Positions 1 through 13,765 of a stretch of DNA of 64,000 bases are shown piece by piece. This DNA is from Rhizophagus irregularis (lineage: Eukaryota): NCBI RefSeq assembly GCF_026210795.1, contig NC_089435.1:5022001-5086000 (forward strand), in the 5' to 3' direction. The notes below the pieces were generated by a model. That model did not search any database and was not told the DNA's origin. It saw only the letters and a program-made list of their open reading frames with translations. The number at the start of each line of letters is the position of its first letter. Position 1 is the first letter of the stretch. Made by a program: the position numbers and the translations under genes.

Positions 1-1027
1 ATTTTTTTCGCCTTTTGATAATCACTTCCCTTTAAAGATACAGATCGGAGGAAGCTTCCATCTATAATAAAAAGAAAGAGTTGTTAAAATATAATCAAAA
101 ATCAAAAATATCTTTGAAATATCATTGAAAGTCAAAACATTTTGAAAATCGACTAGTTTAATGAATTGTTGAAATAAGAAAAAAATAAAAAAATAAAAAC
201 TTCACAAAATTTATAAACAATCTGAAACCATAAAATCTAAACCTATAAATTCGGAACCATAAATCTAAAAATATCGTAACTATTAAGCTTAAAATACTTA
301 ATCCATAATACTTAGAAAAAAGAATCTCGAATTTTTGCAAAATTAAAATTAAAAAGATTGTCCTACCTGTGAGGCTGTGACACATTAAAACCACTGTCAA
401 TCGGGTTTTTTTATTGTCGGTGCTGCGAATCTGAACAGTTTTTTCACCCTTTTGACTAACAGTAAAATTACCCACCATATCAAACCACACTGGGATCTCA
501 TCCATATTGAAAATATTACATAAATCAAAGGATTATTCAGTCCTCAGACGGGTAATAAATTGATGAAATTTAACTAAAGATTCTTCCGTTTAACTTGGTA
601 GCTTCTGAGAAATTTTTGTATGGCCGCTAGGATAGTTTATATCTTTTCATGAAAGAGAATATCCGCTGATATGACGCTTTAAAATTATTTGCCAAATCAT
701 CATATAAAAATGTCATTTCAGGCTCCTTTAAAATTTCTCGCATTTTAATTCGTAAGATCGTATAAGTAACAGCCAATTTTTACTTTCTTTGCTTAATAAG
801 TTAAGTATATAGCTTACAGTTTTGGTTTATTTCAGTATTACAACTTTTACTTGCTATAAACCAACGCCTACCACACTGGCATTAGGTTGGAAGTGTCTTG
901 CCACTTCATTTCGTCTGTGTTGCTTAGCGTAAGTGATAACGTAGTTCTTTTAATTAATAAAATATGAAGTACGACTTCGCTTGGTAGTTTTATTGTGTAA
1001 AACATTTATATGTTGTTTTCTTGCCAT
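1..1027 (-). mobile_element. Degenerate pogo/Tigger-like (Tc1/mariner superfamily) DDE transposase, continues beyond window start
   Basis: ORF 158-505 contains MDEIPVWFDM...EKTVQIRSTDNKKTRLTVVL, matching the pogo DDE_1 N-terminal motif (NMDETP.WFDM...GEKTV.IRTTG.EK.RFTVVL). A decayed DG.KLPP.CIFKG exon lies at 1-60 after an apparent intron. The upstream part (ATG at 1027) has stops and frameshifts. Confidence 0.8.
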
Positions 1028-1496
1028 TTTTTGTGGAAGATTAAAACAAATTACGGAACGTGTTTGTTTAAGTCTCATGTTTATAAAATCATTTGATTGT
1101 ACAAATTAGGTTGTACAAATTATCAGATTGTTATACAGATTACCGCAGTTTCAATTACTTTGGCGACAGAGAGAAAAATATATCTTTATTAAATCACCTA
1201 AAATTAAACATCAGCCACAAGAGTACCTTCTGAACAGGTTTTTTCAACAGGGAAAAACTTGATTACTGATAAAGGAAACCGGTTGGTCGGAAAAACTATA
1301 AGAATTTAATATTTTTATTATATTTTGATAATAAAATTTAAATATTAAATAACAATTTTAATAATGATAAATTCAATTTTGACCTGAGTTATATATTAAT
1401 CTAAATTCGGAATTTGATTCAAATCATGAATCGTCAGAAAGATCTTTAACTCGTTAATTGACCGTCGATTATTAAATGATCAAATCGGAATTTTAT

Positions 1497-1820
1497 GAAA
1501 AAAATGCGCTTTTTTTCATACCGTAAAAAAAAAAATGCCGATTCGGCGCCTTTTTTCATACAGTAATAAAAAAAATGCCGGCTTGGCGCTTTTTTCATAA
1601 AAAAAAAGATGCCGAAAAAAAAAGTTGCGAAACGTTTTTTGTTTATGAATTTGCCGATAAAAAAACGTTTTTCGCAACCTGTATTAATAAAAAACGTTGC
1701 GAACCCGTTTTTTATTTATAAAATACGAAATCGAAATACGAATCGGATCGAATCCAATCAAACTCGGATCCGGATCGGATCGGATCAGATTTAACTTAAG
1801 TTCGGTCGATTCGATCCGTT
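1497..1820. repeat. Cluster of short direct/inverted repeats, likely transposon subterminal sequence
   Basis: About 3 copies of AAAAAAATGC(C)G...CGCTTTTTTCATA. Imperfect inverted pair GTTGCGAAACGTTTTTT / AAAAAACGTTTTTCGCAAC. (CGGAT)n-like run near 1740-1815. Confidence 0.5.
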
Positions 1821-1931
1821 TGGAACAATAGAAAACCACTGTAAAAACTCTATATTTATAATTTTTACTTAAAATAAAATATAATAATACAATGAACTTT
1901 ATTTAAAATTTATGAAATACATTTAATCTTA

Positions 1932-4900
1932 TCAAACAGTTATGGCAAGTAATTTTAAAAGTTTTTTTCTCATTTCGATATTTTTAACATCATCAGTACT
2001 CCAAGTTCCATCATCCAGTAATTTTTTTACAGCTTTACGAGTTTTATCGACATCTGCATAATAATATCTGAAATTTCCATAAAAGAAAAAAGTGAGTAAA
2101 TAAATGTCAATTGAAAAGAAAAATATATATATATATATGCTTACATAATATCAGGAAACCAATGATTCCAACGTCTTTGATGTGGTAATAAATAAAACAA
2201 TTCAATATCTTTTAAAATCTGTAAAAATAAAATAAAAAATTTTATTAATAAAGATACAAACATTTTTTTTTAAAAAGTAATTTAAAATTTTATTTAATTT
2301 CCTAACCTCAGCTTTTTGTGCTAAATAAGAAGCTCGGTCATTATCTTTCTCAATAGCCATGTTTAAAAGTCCAATAAATAAATTCATTAGATATACAACA
2401 ACTATAAATGAAAACATGATCATTAATATAATCATAATTCGATTTTCTTCAGGTTCCCATCTAGATAACGAATTTCTATCTCCTATTAAAATAAATAAAA
2501 TAATAATACAAATAATTAATAAATATAATGTATACATATTATATAATATAAACAAATAATTATGTACCTGTTAAAAATAAATACATAGATAATATAGAAT
2601 TAGGATAATTTGAAAATAAATTTGTATATTCATCAGGTTCTTGAACGTAAATTGCATTTGAATCCTCCCCATTTTTTGAAATTGAATGAAGTTTTGTTGT
2701 AAGAACCCAAGGATTATTATCATCATTTGGATCTCCTTGGTTGTTTTTAGAAAATTCAGAATTAGGTTTTAATAAAACAAAGAATGCATGTGCAAAACTA
2801 ATAATAATAAGAAATAGGATAAAAAGAAACCAAAAAATTCTACGTCCGACGCCAATGATAATAGCAAAATAAATTCCAAATGATTCAAATACTCGAAAGA
2901 AAAGTAAAAATTTAATATCAAGTAAAAGACATGAAATTGAAAACAAAGGGCGCATAATATTTTCATCAATTGTGATATTATTATCATTATTATAAATCCA
3001 ATAACATGAAGTTATTGTAGGTAATAAATAGGCACCTATATCTGTATTTAAGATAAAAATAAATAAAAATACTTTATAATATATATAATAATTAAAAAAA
3101 AATTCATACATACCAAACCAATTCCAGGGATTTACAATCCATTTAATTGGATTCCAAATAAATTGACGAATTTCAAAAAATAAGTGTAATGATCCAAAAA
3201 TAATTGAAGAAATTAAAAGATTTCTTTTATTATCCTTAATTATTTCAGAAGAAACTGATGAAGCTAAAGTGAAAGATATAAGGAAAATCATAAATAAAAA
3301 CCAAATAACTGCATAATAATATCTACCAAATACCCTCCATTTAAAATTAATAATAGCTTCACCATTCCAAGTTTTATAAAATTCATTATTTTCAGTTTTT
3401 GAAAAAGGACTAGACTTGGGCATAATAAAAAGTTCTTTAAACCAATTATAATCTTTTGAATATTTTATATAATTAGGAAAAGGAACTACAAATAAGAGTT
3501 TAAGATTATAAGATTTACGATAAAAAGTAATAAACTTATATAAATATACTAAAATAAAAATGGGAACAAAATTTTTAGTGTCCTTTCCTTTTAAAAAATT
3601 CCAAATTATAATTGCACATAATACTGGTGTTATGAAAATAAAAAACCACATTATATGATTCATTTTTCCTAATTTTCTTAATTCTATACAAAAAGAATGA
3701 TGATGATCAAAGTTATTAACCTTTTGATTTGATGAATCAAGAAATAAAGTGGTTTCATTATAATACTTTAATAAATTCTCAACATAATTTGATTCTAAAT
3801 ATGGCACATTATTAAATATTATTGATAATATATAAATATTACGTTTTAGATCTTTTTTAAAATATTCTAGAGTTTTTTTAATGATTTTTTCCATTAATTC
3901 TATATTTTTTTGTTTAATAGCTGATTTTAATAAAATTTCTCCATAATGTACCAAAAAATCATATTCATTGTTTAATAAATAATCAATCCATTGCACTTTT
4001 AAGCTGCCATTTTCTGTATGCTTTGCAATTATCTCAATTTCTAAAATATCTAATTTGATATTATAATAATACTTAATTGCACATGTTAAAAATTCAATAT
4101 TATAACAATGTTGTAATTGAATCTTTTTAAATTCCATATTAAAAATATAAATACGTAATTCTGGTAACTCTGATTCATATTCATTATATAATATACAAGT
4201 ATTTTTATCTTTCTGATTAACTAAAATCCAATTGTTATATTCATTATTAGATAACTTTGTATTATATGAAATTTTTTCATTTACTTTAATAATAATTTCT
4301 TCAATAGCTTCTCCACTAGCTCCTAAAATTTTGTTTGATGGTTTCTCAATTAATATTAAATCATACTCTTCAACATTATTTTGCTTTTCAATGGTATTAT
4401 TATCATTTTTATCTTGTTTTTCAATATCCTTATTTTGCTTTTCAGTGTCTTTTAAAGTAGGAATTACATATTTTTCCATAAATCGTTTTTTAATATCTAT
4501 GATAACTTGTTTTCTTTTTTTGATAAGTTGCTTTTCATTTTTTCTTTTAGATATCCAGTTAGTATATTGATTTTCATCTCCGGTATATTGATTTTTAAAT
4601 AATTTTCTGCCATCATCAGTAAGTAGCTGTTTTTCATCTTTGTCAAGTAGATTTTTTATACGATAAAATATATTATCATCTAAATTATTTTGATTAGTGT
4701 TGTCTTGTACAGAATCTTTAGAATTTTCTTTTTGATTTTTGTTGTCTTGTTCAGAATCTTTAATAGAAATTATCAAATTATTTTCAGAATCTTTAGAATT
4801 TGTTGAATTATTGTTAAACATCTTTTTCATATCAATAATCAATGGTTTATTTTGATATAACCCATACGCTTTGTTATCATTAAATTTTTTATGAATAAAT

Positions 4901-5363
4901 TTATTGAAATTAATAGATTTTCTTAAATTTGATTTCCAAGAACGAATGTTGATTTTATCACTTTCTTTATGATTGTCATTATCATATTTATCATTTAACG
5001 TAGCTATATAATAATTATCATTGTCATCATGAATAATATCAAAATCTTGAGGTTCTAATTGTAATAAAAACTAATTAATAAATTTTTTTTTTTTGAATTT
5101 TTTTCTTGTAAAACAAATTTATATTACCTTTAACGATAATTTTTCCAATTGGAACATTCATTTCATTAGAATAAATATAAAAAATATCACCAAATTTTAT
5201 AACCATTAAAGATTCAGAAATTTTTAACGTTAATTCTTCAAATTCTTCCTTTAATTTCTCAATTTCCTTTTCCTGTTGATATTAAAAAAAATATATATAT
5301 ATTTCTTAGATATATATATATATATATATTTCTTAGATATATATATATATATATATTTCTTAG

Positions 5364-5394
<31 letters not shown>

Positions 5395-6152
5395 TTTAAT
5401 ACTTACATTTATTTCAAAAGGAATTTTTCGATATCTAAATTTAGGTAAATCCAATACTATATCTAATAAGTGTATATAGTTATTTATTAAAAAATATAAC
5501 TTATCATTAACAACTCCACCAAAAATTATATTCATTTTATATATTTTATCATCGCAAAAATTCATTTCATATTTAACTTTACGTTCCCAATTGTTATTAT
5601 TATTATTAGAATATTTTATAATAACAGGATTTTGATGATAATTTTGATAAATTATTATATCTCCGTTTGTAAGAAAATTGGTAACTTCATAATCGTCCGG
5701 AAAATTTACAAACTCGGGATCATCCTCATAAATATCTAATATGATTTTCTTCTTATTCTTCATATCAAAAATAAATTCTGTGGAGAAATTATTAATTATA
5801 AATATTATTATTATTATAAATTCGTCTACGATTTAAAATAAAATTTACCTTCTACAGAAACGCATTTTGTTATTATAATTTTATTATCGGATACTTTGAA
5901 ATCTAATACATCCATATTTTTTAATTCTCTATACTCATCATCAAGAGTAAACGGACCCGAAGACTCGCTAGATGGATTACGTGACCATCCTTCAAAAGAT
6001 TCATCTTCTTTACTATATGTCACAATATACTCCGATTTTAGAGAAATTGTCATCATAGTTATCGGTTTTTCGTTGTGAGAGTATATATGAACCTTATCAT
6101 CTTGAATGTGCGGAGGTATTTGAACCTCAATATGATCTGTATAGGTACTCAT
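1932..6152 (-). CDS. TRP-like (transient receptor potential) cation channel, 8 exons
   Basis: Exons joined in frame with GT-AG sites: 6152-5849, 5777-5407, 5272-5128, 5054-3114, 3041-2568, 2482-2307, 2218-2145, 2067-1932 (TGA). Multiple TM segments. Motifs WNGEAIINFKW, FLLFFRVFESFG, S6-like LMNLFIGLLNMAI and C-terminal IELFYLLPHQRRWNHWFP. Confidence 0.88.
5291..5388. repeat. Compound (TA)n microsatellite in TRP-like gene intron 2
   Basis: (TA)n runs separated by three copies of TTTCTTAGA. Confidence 0.9.
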
Positions 6153-6252
6153 TTAATCGATTTTTTATTTATTAGAAGGGGAATATGATTTTTTTTAAAT
6201 TTGAATTCTAAAAAGTTTCGGAATTTATATTCCCGAGTTGACACGATATTTT

Positions 6253-6596
6253 TTTTCTTGGTTATTACAAATTAAACTTTACAAATGAAGTAAATTTAAA
6301 TAAAAATGATTTCTTTTTTTTTTGGTTAGTATTAACGTCGAATCAAACGTTATTTATACATAAGTAAATTTCTTCCTATTATAGTTCATTAAAAAGGAAA
6401 CTCAAACAAAGTAAATTTTTTATAACATTAATTGTTTGGAAACTCCGAGTCTTCCTTGAATAGTCCATAATAGGAAGTTTATTTTGCGTAAAATAACGCT
6501 TGATTCAACGATAATCTCGATCAAAAAAGCCACAAAAAAAAAATCATTTTTATTTAAATTACTTCATTTGTAAACAACTTTAAATAACCAAGAAAA
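6253..6596. repeat. ~345 bp imperfect fold-back (MITE-like) in divergent intergenic region
   Basis: 6253-~6404 (TTTTCTTGGTTATT..TTTACAAATGAAGTAA.TTTAAATAAAAATGATTT..GAATCAAACGTTATTT..CTTCCTATTAT) is the degenerate reverse complement of ~6447-6596. Confidence 0.75.
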
Positions 6597-6803
6597 ATTA
6601 AATAAAAAAAAAATTTTTATTTAAACGCACAACTATATCAATTTGTCAAACAAGTGTTGACGGAATCAATTTACGGTATATCTTTCATGTTGCATTACGT
6701 TTCCTATTTCGTTTGATGTGAATAATATAAAAATCTTACTTTTTTTACTGGTTTTTTTTAAAAAAAAGAATAAATAAATTCAAATTATTATAGTTTCTCC
6801 GGA

Positions 6804-9800
6804 ATGAAGTTATTTTATTATTTGTCAATTTTATCAATCATTCTATTTGCGGTAAAAAACATGGTGGAAGCGACTACCCAAAACGGTTGTGGTATTAGCT
6901 ATGCAGGCCTAGTATCTCGTGACTGTGAACCAACAAATTCAACAACAACAGTAACGATAATACCAGATTCATTGCCATATTTTATTACGTTTGAAGAAGT
7001 AAACCAAACTAATAATCTCTCATATATGCGATGAAATCTTATAATTTCATGACATTTATTCAAATAATTCGTGTTAATAATTCAGTAACTGATTTAAATG
7101 GTAAAATATATGTAGATAGATATTTATCAATTCGCACAATTTATCCAAATAGAACAATTAATGCATTTGATATTTCAATTGATAAATTGGAAATACAACC
7201 TTTTAATTTTTGTATAAATCAACTTCGTAACCCTATTCAATTTTACCCTGCAACAAGTAATTTTTTGTTAGTAACTTATATGACTTATACGAATGAAAGT
7301 ACTTATGAAGATTGGGCAATGGTTGTCGATTTAAGTGGAAATATCCTCAGGTTAGAAAATTTTTAAATGAAAAAAAGTATATACTGTATATACGTAAATA
7401 AATAACTATTAATCCTTTTCTTTTTACTCTTTTTTTTTATTAGTAAAACTTTTTTAGGACGTGCTTATGTTGATCGCTGGCCACTTTTCCAAGCAAATAT
7501 TATATTTAATGTTAATCATGACAAAGGATTTCTTCGTGTAGTACCTAAAACAAATACTACTTTGCTGCAACAATTCATAATGTAATTTATCATGTTGATA
7601 AAAATTTTTTTAATCTAATTGTGAAAAGCATTTAACGCATGATTTAATTTATAGATCTAATGATGGGACTGTTCAAAATATTACAGAAGAAGTAGAAATA
7701 CCTTCTCCACCACCAAATCCGAATCTCATTCAATATATTGCAACGATGGATAATGGATACGCGATTATTTATGCCAATATTTCAGACACCACTGGTTTAT
7801 CACAGGGAGGAATTTACGGCATATTTTTAAATTATGAGAGTATTAATATACGAGGTCCAATGATTCTTTATCAAATTCCAAGTCAAGGGTTAAGCTTTAC
7901 TGCACTTTATTGTGATAATACTTTCGTAGTTGGACAAACTTGTACATTAGCCGTAAACCCTACAACTCCAAACACATTAAACAAATTTTATATTACTAAA
8001 ATTGATTTTCTTACATCGGGTCTTATAAATAATATTCAAATGATTCCATTTCTAGACTTTAGCCAATGTAAATTTAAGTTATTACCATACGGAGGTTATT
8101 TTATAAGTAACATGACATCTACTACAGATCCGTTTAAAAATAATATCGATGGTTTTATTTTGAATGACAATGGATTTTATAGATGGAACCTTACAAATCC
8201 TAGTGTGACAAATTTTAAAGGTGATTTTATAATTTTACCAAATAATACACTTATGTTTCCTCAATCGGAGGGATTACAAAGTTGGAATTTGACCGCAATT
8301 GAATTATATAAAGTTCAGGAAGGTAAAGTGGCACAAACATATTTAAACAAAAATTTTCTTTTTTTTTTTTAACCTTTTTTTCAAATATTTTAGATCATGG
8401 GTATGATAACTTAAATATCGATACCACATTTCCGGAGATTAATGAGGCCATAGACGCATCTTTATAACTTATATATTTATTATTATAATTGTTCCTTACA
8501 GAATTTAATTGACGTAAGATATCTTCACCATCATCATTACGTTGGTAGATTAAAAGGTAGCCATCATTTGATAAATCAACTTTATTATAATATTTGATTA
8601 TAAGTTATAAAGATGAGGGAAACGAAACTATCGTAAATGTTACAATAATTAGTAGTACATTCAATAAGCTTGGTGGAAGTTACTATGTCTTAATTGAAGA
8701 TGGTTTTGTAAAGAGGCGAGCTTTTGACACACCTATCTTTGGTATACAGAGAAAATCTATTTGGACTTTTATAACAAATACAGCCCGTAAGTGTTTTATA
8801 AATTCTCTCGTTTTAAACGAATGTTATACTATGTAATAAAAATTTTTTAAATCATTTTTAGAAGAAAATTCTGATGGTAATAAAGATGTCGAAGGAAAAG
8901 TTCGACTGACTCCAGAAGGGACTGCTTATTTTTTGGTCCTTGATATTATTAAACGTGAAGAATTTTATAAGAATTTAACAGATCAGTTGGCTAATGCTAT
9001 TCCCATTAGTCCAAAACGAATAACTACTAGTAGAAAATATGAAACTGACGCTACACTTCCTAAAGATTCTCTAAAACAAATTATTCTAACTATTGATATT
9101 AAAAGATATGAAGGTGAAAGATTAGCTGTTTCAGCCGCTCGAGATCTGATAGTTTGATTAGGAATAAATATATCACTATTCTTGCATGGGGTGACGCTTC
9201 AACTTTTTTAGATAGTGATTATGGATATCAGCTTATACGTAAGAATTCACTATTTCTTAGAGAAGAGAGAATTTGCTCTTAAATAATAATGTTTAAAAGC
9301 TAAATATATTTTATCTTTATTTTTAATTTAATGACTTTGAAATTGTAAATAGCTAAATGGATAGATGCGAATTGGGTTAAGCTTCTTGTAACAGCCGTAT
9401 TTGAAATCTTATTGTATTTATTTTTTGCTGTGGTAAATAACATGGTTATAAATTAATTAAAAAAAAAAAATTTCGAAATATTAACATAATTTTTTTTTAG
9501 AAAAAATATTCTGTAATTTTTGAATGTGTATATGCTATTGCAGATTTTATAACGGGTATCATTTTTGCTATTGTAGATTCACAAAAGTATTATGAAATTT
9601 ATATTATAAGGTAACCAATTTTTGAATTAACAAATTAAAATAATAAATTGTTTTCTTTATTTGTTCTCTTAAATTATGAAATAATAATAATAATAAAATT
9701 TTTTCTTTAAGCGTTTTCTTTGTAATATTACCATTTATTGTAAATTTAGGATTTGCATTTAAAACTACAATTGGTGTACTTGTAAGAGAATTAACACTAA

Positions 9801-10437
9801 AGAAAAGTGATGAAGATATAAAAGAAGAAGATATAAAAGGAAGTAACTCAGGGGAAAGTAATACAGGGGAAAGTACTCGAAGTAGCTCAATTATCGCAAT
9901 GATTGAGGGAATTAAGGGAACTCCTGATACTAAGGATACTAAGGAGCTGAAAAAGACATATGATAGTTTGAGTCCAAGTCAGAAAAGCAAATATAATAAA
10001 TTATCCAATGAATCAAAAATCTCGTTTTTGAAACTGATCCGCAAAGGAAAACGGTTAAATGATATTTTAGTGATATTCACGTTATTAGGAGGAATTAACA
10101 TTGAAAATTTAAACTTACTTGAATTATATTTATTCAGTACTAATACTAAATTATCTCCTTCATCAAGAAGTAATATAATGTGAGGAACTATCACTAATAC
10201 TTTGATTGAAAAAATTCCTCAAATAATTATTCTGGTATGCAAATTTTTTTTTTAAATTTACCTTTTTCATATTCTATTAAATTTAATATTAAATTTATTT
10301 TAATTAATTAATAATAGAGCTTTTATATGAGCAAAGCGATATCTTTTGGTTACACTCCTGTATTAAAGATTTCATTATCAATTTATTTTGTCATCAGTAA
10401 TATTATTAAAATGTATCGATATTTCAGTGAGGGTTAG
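6804..10437 (+). pseudogene. Multi-exon secreted/membrane protein gene (signal peptide, large beta-rich ectodomain, C-terminal TM region), disrupted
   Basis: Signal peptide MKLFYYLSILSIILFAVK. ORF fragments 7031-7366, 7746-8372, 8594-8836, 8933-9157 and 9899-10183 are linked by GT-AG introns. Frameshifts near 7030 and 9148, a garbled segment ~8460-8600, and an in-frame TGA at 10181 (NIM*GTITNTLIEKIPQIIIL). 3' end approximate. Confidence 0.65.
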
Positions 10438-11639
10438 TTAGAGTCTATAAAATTAGTTAATTGCTGATCTGCATGTGATCGATCATAATAAAATATGGCG
10501 CAATTTTCTTATATAACAATGGTGATCGTTATTTGTATTACAATAAAACAATAATACAATTGCGTAATTAAAATTGCGCATCGAGAATCTTTAAAATGCA
10601 ACCCATTTATTATATTACGCATGCCAAGCACATTCTTCTCGTGCTTCGATCCAGATCATACTTATTGCATGGCATTCTATAAAATTGTCAACTTTTTAGT
10701 GATATTTTTTTTGCCGCTATTACCTAACAGTTATTGATTGCTATATTATTTTACAACTCGTTATTTTTTGTATTCGTAAAAAATTTAAGTGTTCTTTTCA
10801 CGAATACGTAGTATGTAGTCTTTTTAATGGGCATTCTAAATTGCTTTTCTCCCCTTAAAAAAAAAGGTAGCTTCTTCTGTTCATATAATAATTTACCCTC
10901 AAAATATTTAAAAATTTCTAAAATAAACAAAATTTATGAGGTAAAAATTTCACAATTAATTTAAATTACATTCAGAAAATGATGAAATTTATTATTGCCA
11001 TTTTCAAAAATGTGTACAGTTTTAAATGATGCCCATTTTTAGAGAACACACAAACAAAAAATTATGTAAAATAGAAGCAAGCACATTGTTCACTATATTT
11101 TTGATACTTTATTTCAGAATGTAAAAAAGTTTAAAATGCCATAATTTATTAAGCAAACATACCGAACACATATTAAACACAAACACATATTGAACACAAC
11201 TAAAATTGTGTTTAACCAGAATAACTTTACATCCAATGATCGTAGAAAGCATATATAGTTTATTGGATCAAGACGCGTCAAATGGTGGTGATTTTATGTG
11301 TCTAGGATCAATATATGGTAGGTTATTATTAAAAGCATGAGGATTCAGCCAATCATTAAGTTTTTTTAAAAAAAATTTTAAATGAAACATTTATTAACAG
11401 TTCATTTTTAATTTTGTAGATGGAAATTTTGACTTTTTTTATTGAAATTATCATTTAACAAAAAATGCAATTTTAATTCAATAACATATCCGCCACCAAT
11501 CGGCAAACTCAGAGGGATGCTGTGGCTGACCAGCCGGGAAACAGATGCATATGCTATAAGTTTATCACGTTTCCAATAAACCAAGGTCGTCTACAATTAT
11601 ATGTGGTCTAGAAAGTTCAACCATCTTTATTATACTGGT

Positions 11640-11834
11640 GACCAGATGTAAAACCTAGACATCCCCCAGAGATAACAGGCGTTTTTTACTAATAAAACTG
11701 CAAACAAACTCTTTTTGTACGAGAGAGATACCTCGTTACGCGTGACGACCAGATGTACATCGTCAGGAATATGAGCGTTTTTACTAATAAAACTGCAAAA
11801 CAACCTCTTTTTGTACGAGAGATATACCTCGTTA
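11640..11834. repeat. Two-copy imperfect direct repeat (~95-105 bp period)
   Basis: GACCAGATGTA...GCGTTTTTACTAATAAAACTGCAAA.CAA.CTCTTTTTGTACGAGAGA.ATACCTCGTTA at ~11640-11738 and ~11747-11834. Confidence 0.85.
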
Positions 11835-13354
11835 TAAAGTTGAAAGTTATATCTTCAAGTACTCAATTACTCCGCCCGAATTCATCAAAATATAAAAATG
11901 TCTCGCTTGGTCTCTAAATAATTATAGGAGTATAAAAATCAATATACAGTATAAATCTCTTCTAGAGACTTTATTCCAACCAATAATCGAAAAAGAAAGT
12001 TAGATTCATGATAATTTAGCAGGAACCGCTTCTATACTTATTTTATATTTTATATAATTCTTTATAATTTAATCAATAAAAAAATTTATTATGTATTTAA
12101 ATAAATATGTTTTGTATTCTATTAAAAGTGGACTCTTTAATGAAACTTTTCGCAAAAATACATTCCTAGCACCTTATTTAAAAAAAAGCGTCATATTATA
12201 TTTATTTTTGCTTTTCTACCTTGTTAATATATTAACAGCCTTAATTTTATCCGTGATACAACAGACAATTATTACTGCAACAAAAGCTGATATCCACGAG
12301 CCAGCCAACGCGTCGCGTCGTAAATTTAAATATACAGTAAGAGAAAAAGGGAAGGGAGAAGGAGAGAGGGAGAAGAAAGGTAGAAAGGGTAAAAAGGAAA
12401 GGGTGAGATAGAAAAGAATGTAAAGAAGTTATAATGGTTTATATACATCATTTATTGACACTTAACATGACAGCATGACATCAAAGTATAATCGAACATT
12501 TCTAATAAAATAATAGACAAACACTATTTGCGCTTTAAATAAACTATAAAGTACCATCGCATCATTAACTAAAAAAGACAGCCGATAAATTGTTAAATTA
12601 AGGAAGGCAGTAAAAAAAATTGATGACTTTCTTATACCTAAATATGATATGATACCAAAATAACCAAATGCATTTATTTATTTAGGATACAAGAAAGTAA
12701 AATTAGGTTAGCACAAAGTTTTGTTACACCTATTTGTGTAATGTTAGTATTTTCCATGGAGAAAGGCAAAGTAGCACAATGAATGATTTTTTATGAATTC
12801 ACATGACTCAGACAATTATTGTCCGGAGAAAAGCTAATTGAAAATAGTAAAACATATCAATATAAATGTTTCAAATTATACATACTTTACAACACAAAAT
12901 ATTTAGCATTACGGCTTTCCCGACAGGACATTTTCCCGACAGCCTAACGCTGGCCGCTTTGTACAACATCGAGATTTAGCGTTAGCGAAGGACATTTTAC
13001 TGTACTGCATTAGACGGTTTTGTGCAATTTTTCTTCCTTCCTTCCATTGACGTCACCTCACATATTAGCCCTTTTTTGATTATATACCTGTAACACTGCT
13101 GATTTTATTTGGTGATCAATTTTTTTTTAATAAAAAGATACTGAGAAAATAAACGCGACGGACTTTAACGGTTTCCGTTTTGCTAGTTTCAAATTCTTGA
13201 TTTGAAATTCATTTTTTAGAAGCTTGAAATTATAGCTTCGTAAGAAATTCGTTACTAAATCATCTCTTTTGTCATGTATTTATTTTCATTCCTTGTGAAG
13301 TTTTATTAAATAATTCCTAATATGCAAGAAGTTTAGCGATAAAATAAATAATGG

Positions 13355-13504
13355 TGTAGTTAGCCGAAAAATAATTAGCCGCAACGTGATCCGGACCCGG
13401 CTCAAGGCGTAGATCGTCGTGGAATTCTAGGGGATTTTCTGCGATTAAATCGGGTCCGGATGATCGGCAATCAGGAATTCGGCTCCGTTTTTCGGCCAAC
13501 TGCA
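13355..13504. mobile_element. Putative ~150 bp GC-rich MITE-like element
   Basis: Terminal inverted repeat TGTAGTTAGCCGAAAA / TTTTCGGCCAACTGCA (2 mismatches) plus internal perfect 11-bp inverted repeat ATCCGGACCCG (13389) / CGGGTCCGGAT (13451). No TSD seen. Confidence 0.5.
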
Positions 13505-13765
13505 ATATTATATAAAAAAACGTTTAATATAAATAGGCAAATATAAATAGGCAAATAAAATTTACACGATAAACAATTGATTTAAAACCGGTTGATATTG
13601 ACATTTCCTTAATATGAATATGATAAAATAAAAAGAAACCTATATTCTATATGCGAGCAAAATATCCGTCCGCTAAATTTAATTTATCACCGATGAACTA
13701 AATTTATAATGGGACAATAAAATATTATAGATGTTGAGAATAAACAATGTTAATAAAATATTATT

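Noticed and set aside
1609..1794. 61-aa ORF
   Set aside because: Translation of short repeats; no protein-like signal.
11190..11500. Possible TE subterminal fragment (GACGCGTCAAATGGTGGT...)
   Set aside because: Looks repeat-derived, but no termini or coding evidence can be shown from this window.
11640..11834. CRISPR-like repeat/spacer pattern
   Set aside because: Only two copies, long unit, eukaryotic context, no cas genes.
12091..12411. 106-aa ORF with charged C-terminus
   Set aside because: The tail comes from a purine-rich low-complexity tract; no motifs or splice support.
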